DNA of 10,418 nucleotides, from the NCBI GenBank assembly GCA_048941265.1, contig JBHLNT010000151.1, positions 1 through 10,418 on the forward strand. Direction: 5' to 3'. The position numbers were made by a program, and so were the translations under genes. Shown here one piece after another: positions 6,676-10,418 of this stretch. This DNA comes from Promethearchaeota archaeon (GTDB lineage Archaea; Asgardarchaeota; Lokiarchaeia; Sigyniarchaeales; SOKP01). Position 1 is the first letter of the stretch; every line of letters starts with the position of its first letter. Below the pieces are notes generated by a model. That model ran no database searches. It was given only the letters and a program-made list of their open reading frames with translations, and was not told where the DNA came from.

Positions 6676-9234
6676 ATGTTGGATATATATTCAATCTTAT
6701 CTCATCCTTTTAGAAGAAAAATCCTTTTGCTCCTGGAAAAAGAAGGGTATATTCCATATACAGATTTGATGGAAAAGTTGGGTCTTGAAACAACGGGACA
6801 ATTAAATTTCCACCTAAAAAAAGTTGGTAGTTTAGTTAACAAGGATCAAAAATCATATTTTCTTACGGAAGATGGAAAACGGATCTTAAAAATCATTAGG
6901 ATTAATAAGAGAATTTTAGAGGGAGAGGATATTAATGAATATTTAGAATCTAAGGGGAGTGAGATAAGTCGTGTTGGTGTTATTGTATGTAACTGTAATA
7001 CAGAAATATCAAAAGCGATTAACATCGATCTTCTTGAAAATTATCTAACTAAATTAAAGAATGTAGTTTCCGTTAGAGTATTTGATAATTTATGCCAAAC
7101 AAAGAATTTTGACAAGATTTCAAAATGGGTCAAAGAGAATTTTTTAAATAAAATCGTTATAGCAGCATGCTCTCCAAAAACCCATCAGATTCTCTTTGAA
7201 AGAATTTTTCAAGATGTAATTGATCGTGCTAATATTGAAATCGCTAATATTAGAGAACAATGTGCTTGGGTGCATTATTATAACGCTGATCCTAAGCAAA
7301 TAGATCCTTACCTTATCTTAGATAAAGCAAAATTATTAATTGAGGCTGCTATTGCGCGCGTAATTCTTCAAAAAGAAGTGAAAATTAAACGTGTTGAGAT
7401 AGAGAAAAGCTGTGCTGTTCTTGGAGGAGGCATTGCTGGTATGACTTTAGCTTTAAATTTAGCTAGAGCAGGGATAAAAGTATTTCTAATTGAGAAATCT
7501 CCTACTTTGGGCGGTAAAGTAGCTAGGTGGAATCGAATTTATAAAATGGGAGATTGTTCTATTTGTTTCATATCAGAATTAATAGCAGAGATTGTTAAAG
7601 AAAAGAATATTAAAGTTTTTACTAATACAGAAATAGAAAATGTATCTGGAGAAGTTGGGAACTTCACACTTGATTTAGTAAAAAAACCGAGATTTATAGA
7701 CGAACGAAAATGTACTGGCTGCAAACAGTGCCTTGAAGTATGCAATATAGAAAAATCCGATCAGTATGAGTTTGGTTTAAAGAATAGAAAAATTATATAC
7801 ATTCCTTTTATACATTCTTTTCCATATGTGCCTTTAATTGATGAAAGTGATATTAAAAATTGCCTTAATTGTAGGATATGTGAAAGGGCTTGTGTGAATA
7901 AAGCTATAGATCTGAATCAAGTTCCAGAAAATATAAAAATTAAAGTTGGGACAAAAGTTATCGCTATTGGTGCTGATCTTACCTCTAATTTAGAAGAATT
8001 TGGTTATAATCCGCAAGATGATATTATTACTTCTGCTGAATTTGAGCGAATTTTATCTTCAGATGGCATTACCGAAGGAAATTTGGTAAAACTTTCTGAT
8101 AGAGAACCACCAAAATCAATTTCAATAGTTCAGTGTGCAGGTAATTCTGATTTTCATTCGAAATTTAAAGATGCCATTGTATTAAAATATATAGATAGTA
8201 TTACAGGGAGGTTGCCTCAATGTGAAATTAATGTCTTTTATGATTTAAACAAATTCAAAAAAGATAAAGCTTTTTTCCTGACACCTATGGATAAAAGATT
8301 TCATTACGCGCAAAAATTAAAAATTATTGGAAAAAACAACAAAAAATATGTCATTGCAGATTCACAAGAATATCCTAGTGATATGATAATCCTAAATATA
8401 GATCTTATTCCAAATACTGATTTAAAAAATCTACGTACAATAATGGATTTTTCCTTAAACGATGATGGATTCATGAGCGAAGAAACATTAGGATCTGGGA
8501 TTTATGGCATTGGAACTATTTTGGGTCCTCTTGATTATCATAAAACGGTTTCTACTGCAAACAATGTGGCATTAAAAGTGATATCTTTACTTTCTCAAGA
8601 ATATTTAATAGCAGAATTTACCGGAATTGAAATTAATGAGGATAAATGCGGTTTATGTGGCTTATGCATGCAATCTTGCCCTTATAACGCAATTGTTATA
8701 GGAAATGAAAGAATAAATGTTGATAAATTTAAATGCAAAGGGTGTGGTACTTGTGTGAGTGTTTGTCCTACTAATGCGATTGAAATGAATGTTGACACTT
8801 CTGAGAAAATACTTAAAACGATTGAAATATTATCGAAATCGAAAAGAACTCCAAAAATAGTGGCATTCTGCTGTAAATCCTGTGGATATGCAGCCGCAGA
8901 TGATGCTGGATTTAAAAAACTCCATTATGATCCAAATATCTTTATTATAAGAGTCCCTTGTACCGGAAGGGTGGACACAAACTTTATTATTAAAGCTATT
9001 GAGTTTGGTTTTGATGGAGTCATGATAATTGGATGTAGAAGGAATGCATGCAGGTATATTGATGGAGTAGAAAAAGTAGAAAAAAAAATTCAATTATTAA
9101 GGGAAATTTTAGGCCCCAAATATGGCAATCGCATTATTCTCAAACACATGAATGCTGTTGAGGGGAATAAGTTTGCAGAAGTTATAAATGAATTTTATAA
9201 TCAATTGGCCGAGGAGGTAAAATTTGAAGCTTAA
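6676..9234 (+). CDS. hdrA: Fusion protein: ArsR-like winged HTH, HdrA-like flavo-iron-sulfur domain (heterodisulfide reductase subunit A) and C-terminal MvhD (hydrogenase delta, [2Fe-2S])
   Basis: Residues 1 to about 80 read LSHPFRRKILLLL...YTDLMEKLGLETTGQLNFHLKKV...YFLTEDG (wHTH). HdrA motifs: RVGVIVCNC, AACSP, NIREQCAWVH, GGGIAG, EKSPTLGG, DCSIC and EFERIL, plus four CxxCxxCxxxC ferredoxin motifs. MvhD motifs: FCCKSCGYAAAD, RVPCTGRVD and DGVMIIGCRRNACRY. RBS GGTGGAG at 6661-6667. Confidence 0.92.
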   Translation: MLDIYSILSHPFRRKILLLLEKEGYIPYTDLMEKLGLETTGQLNFHLKKVGSLVNKDQKSYFLTEDGKRILKIIRINKRILEGEDINEYLESKGSEISRVGVIVCNCNTEISKAINIDLLENYLTKLKNVVSVRVFDNLCQTKNFDKISKWVKENFLNKIVIAACSPKTHQILFERIFQDVIDRANIEIANIREQCAWVHYYNADPKQIDPYLILDKAKLLIEAAIARVILQKEVKIKRVEIEKSCAVLGGGIAGMTLALNLARAGIKVFLIEKSPTLGGKVARWNRIYKMGDCSICFISELIAEIVKEKNIKVFTNTEIENVSGEVGNFTLDLVKKPRFIDERKCTGCKQCLEVCNIEKSDQYEFGLKNRKIIYIPFIHSFPYVPLIDESDIKNCLNCRICERACVNKAIDLNQVPENIKIKVGTKVIAIGADLTSNLEEFGYNPQDDIITSAEFERILSSDGITEGNLVKLSDREPPKSISIVQCAGNSDFHSKFKDAIVLKYIDSITGRLPQCEINVFYDLNKFKKDKAFFLTPMDKRFHYAQKLKIIGKNNKKYVIADSQEYPSDMIILNIDLIPNTDLKNLRTIMDFSLNDDGFMSEETLGSGIYGIGTILGPLDYHKTVSTANNVALKVISLLSQEYLIAEFTGIEINEDKCGLCGLCMQSCPYNAIVIGNERINVDKFKCKGCGTCVSVCPTNAIEMNVDTSEKILKTIEILSKSKRTPKIVAFCCKSCGYAAADDAGFKKLHYDPNIFIIRVPCTGRVDTNFIIKAIEFGFDGVMIIGCRRNACRYIDGVEKVEKKIQLLREILGPKYGNRIILKHMNAVEGNKFAEVINEFYNQLAEEVKFEA

Positions 9235-9982
9235 GTTTTCAATTATTTCTTTAACTGGATGTAGTGGATGTATATCTACATTAATTTCACTTGATATTTT
9301 CCCTCAATTTTTAGAAAGGACTGAAATTTTATATTTTCCATTTATTAATGACACGAGAAAAGTTGAGAATTGTGATGTAGCATTAATAGAGGGATGTATT
9401 TCGGAAAAAAGTGAAATTAATTTTCTTAAAAATATAAGAAAGTCCGCAAAAAAAGTTTATGCCTTAGGTTCTTGTGCAGCTTATGGGGGAATCTTAAGCC
9501 TTTCAGATAAAATTAATGCAGAACCGATTTCAAATTTTATAGAGATAGATGGGTTAATTCCTGGTTGCCCAATCCCATCTAAATTACTCGGGAATTGCTT
9601 AATTAAATTAATCGAAAATAAAGAGATAGAATTATCCGAAAGAAATCTGTGTGCAACATGCCCTTTTAATGGAACCTTAGATTTAGATTTTAAAACAAAA
9701 GTAATTAAATATTATCCATCCCAAGATGAGATTTTAACTCCTGAAGAAAATTCAAATTGTTTTTTGAAGCGAGGAATTCTGTGTTTCGGTCCCATTACCC
9801 GAGATGGATGTGAACAAAGATGTATTTCACAGGGAATTCCCTGTGAGGGGTGTATGGGCCCTGTTTCAAAAGATTATTTTGCTAATATGATTAATTATCT
9901 AAGTTTAATAAAGCTTTCAGAGGAATTAAGAAGATATAAAGGAATTTTTTATCGATTTTCAAAACCAAAACTTAATTGGTGA
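9224..9982 (+). CDS. mvhG: [NiFe]-hydrogenase small subunit, group 3 (MvhG/VhuG-like)
   Basis: Motifs LTGCSGC, EG, GSCAAYGGI, IPGCP, CATCP and CFL..G.LCFGPITRDGC...C......CEGCMGP. No Tat signal. TTG start with GAGGAGGT RBS at 9211-9218, overlapping the upstream gene by 11 nt. Confidence 0.88.
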   Translation: MKLKFSIISLTGCSGCISTLISLDIFPQFLERTEILYFPFINDTRKVENCDVALIEGCISEKSEINFLKNIRKSAKKVYALGSCAAYGGILSLSDKINAEPISNFIEIDGLIPGCPIPSKLLGNCLIKLIENKEIELSERNLCATCPFNGTLDLDFKTKVIKYYPSQDEILTPEENSNCFLKRGILCFGPITRDGCEQRCISQGIPCEGCMGPVSKDYFANMINYLSLIKLSEELRRYKGIFYRFSKPKLNW

Positions 9983-9987
9983 TCGTA

Positions 9988-10418
9988 ATGCTAAAAGTTG
10001 TTGAAGTATGCTCTCGGGTTGAAGGACATGGTAATATGAATTTATATATTAATAATCAAAATGATGAAATTTCACATGTTGATTTTGAAATTAGAGCTTA
10101 TCGAGGATTTGAAGATATTTTAATCGGTAAAAAATTGATTGATATCCCTAAAATCACATCAAGAATATGTGGATTATGTCATGCCTCCCAATCCATCGTT
10201 AGTTGTAAAACTATAGAATCTATTTACGATGTTGTGCCATCAGAACGTTCAGTTCTTTTAAGAAGACTATTATTAGCAGGAGAATTGATAAAATCGCATA
10301 GTTTGCATTTCTTTTTTCAATCTTTTCCGGATTTATTGAAGATCTTTAATATTAAGCAGAAAATTCCGTCTCTTTATGAATTAATAAATTATAATCCCCA
10401 ATTAACAACAAATTTTTA
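9988..10418 (+). CDS. mvhA: [NiFe]-hydrogenase large subunit, group 3 (MvhA-like), 5' part; runs off the window end and is not in the ORF track
   Basis: Manual translation from ATG 9988 gives MLKVVEVCSRVEGHGNMNLYINNQNDEISHVDFEIRAYRGFEDILIGKKLIDIPKITSRICGLCHASQSIVSCKTIE...LIKSHSLHFFFQSFPD. It contains RVEGHG, RGFE, the L1 RICGxC and SHxLH motifs, with GGTGAT RBS upstream. The frame is open to the end of the window. Confidence 0.92.
   Translation, partial: MLKVVEVCSRVEGHGNMNLYINNQNDEISHVDFEIRAYRGFEDILIGKKLIDIPKITSRICGLCHASQSIVSCKTIESIYDVVPSERSVLLRRLLLAGELIKSHSLHFFFQSFPDLLKIFNIKQKIPSLYELINYNPQLTTNF

Noticed and set aside
7539-7745. 68-aa - strand ORF
   Set aside because: Antisense within hdrA.
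8830-9093. 87-aa - strand ORF
   Set aside because: Antisense within the MvhD domain.
6676-10418. Selenocysteine recoding in HdrA/MvhD, known in some archaea
   Set aside because: There is no in-frame TGA within these ORFs and the relevant positions (DCSIC, CCKSC, IGC) are Cys. The TGA at 9980-9982 is followed by a separate RBS and ATG for mvhA.

Overview
This is a very AT-rich archaeal-looking window. The GAGGTG/GGAG ribosome-binding sites, oligo-T terminators, Cdc48 and HdrA/Mvh genes would fit an Asgard (Lokiarchaeia-like) genome, but that assignment is inference. Left end: a QueG/reductive-dehalogenase-superfamily Fe-S protein on the + strand. Middle: a five-gene minus-strand cluster made of three related uncharacterised proteins (74, 205 and 241 aa), a bacterial-type NAD(P)-dependent methylene-H4MPT dehydrogenase and Cdc48. 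Right: a 485-bp divergent intergenic region with repeated TTGACA-N8-TGTCAA-like palindromes, then a + strand operon encoding a winged-HTH-HdrA-MvhD fusion, MvhG and the 5' part of an MvhA-like [NiFe] large subunit. The main signal is a candidate one-component H2/redox-sensing system. A DNA-binding domain is fused to an HdrA that has lost three conserved Fe-S ligands, and the hydrogenase L1 motif (RICGLCHASQS) carries the His-to-Gln substitution typical of bacterial sensory hydrogenases. The second signal is the divergent cluster, with three paralogs and an N-terminal peptide motif also found on the Mtd enzyme.
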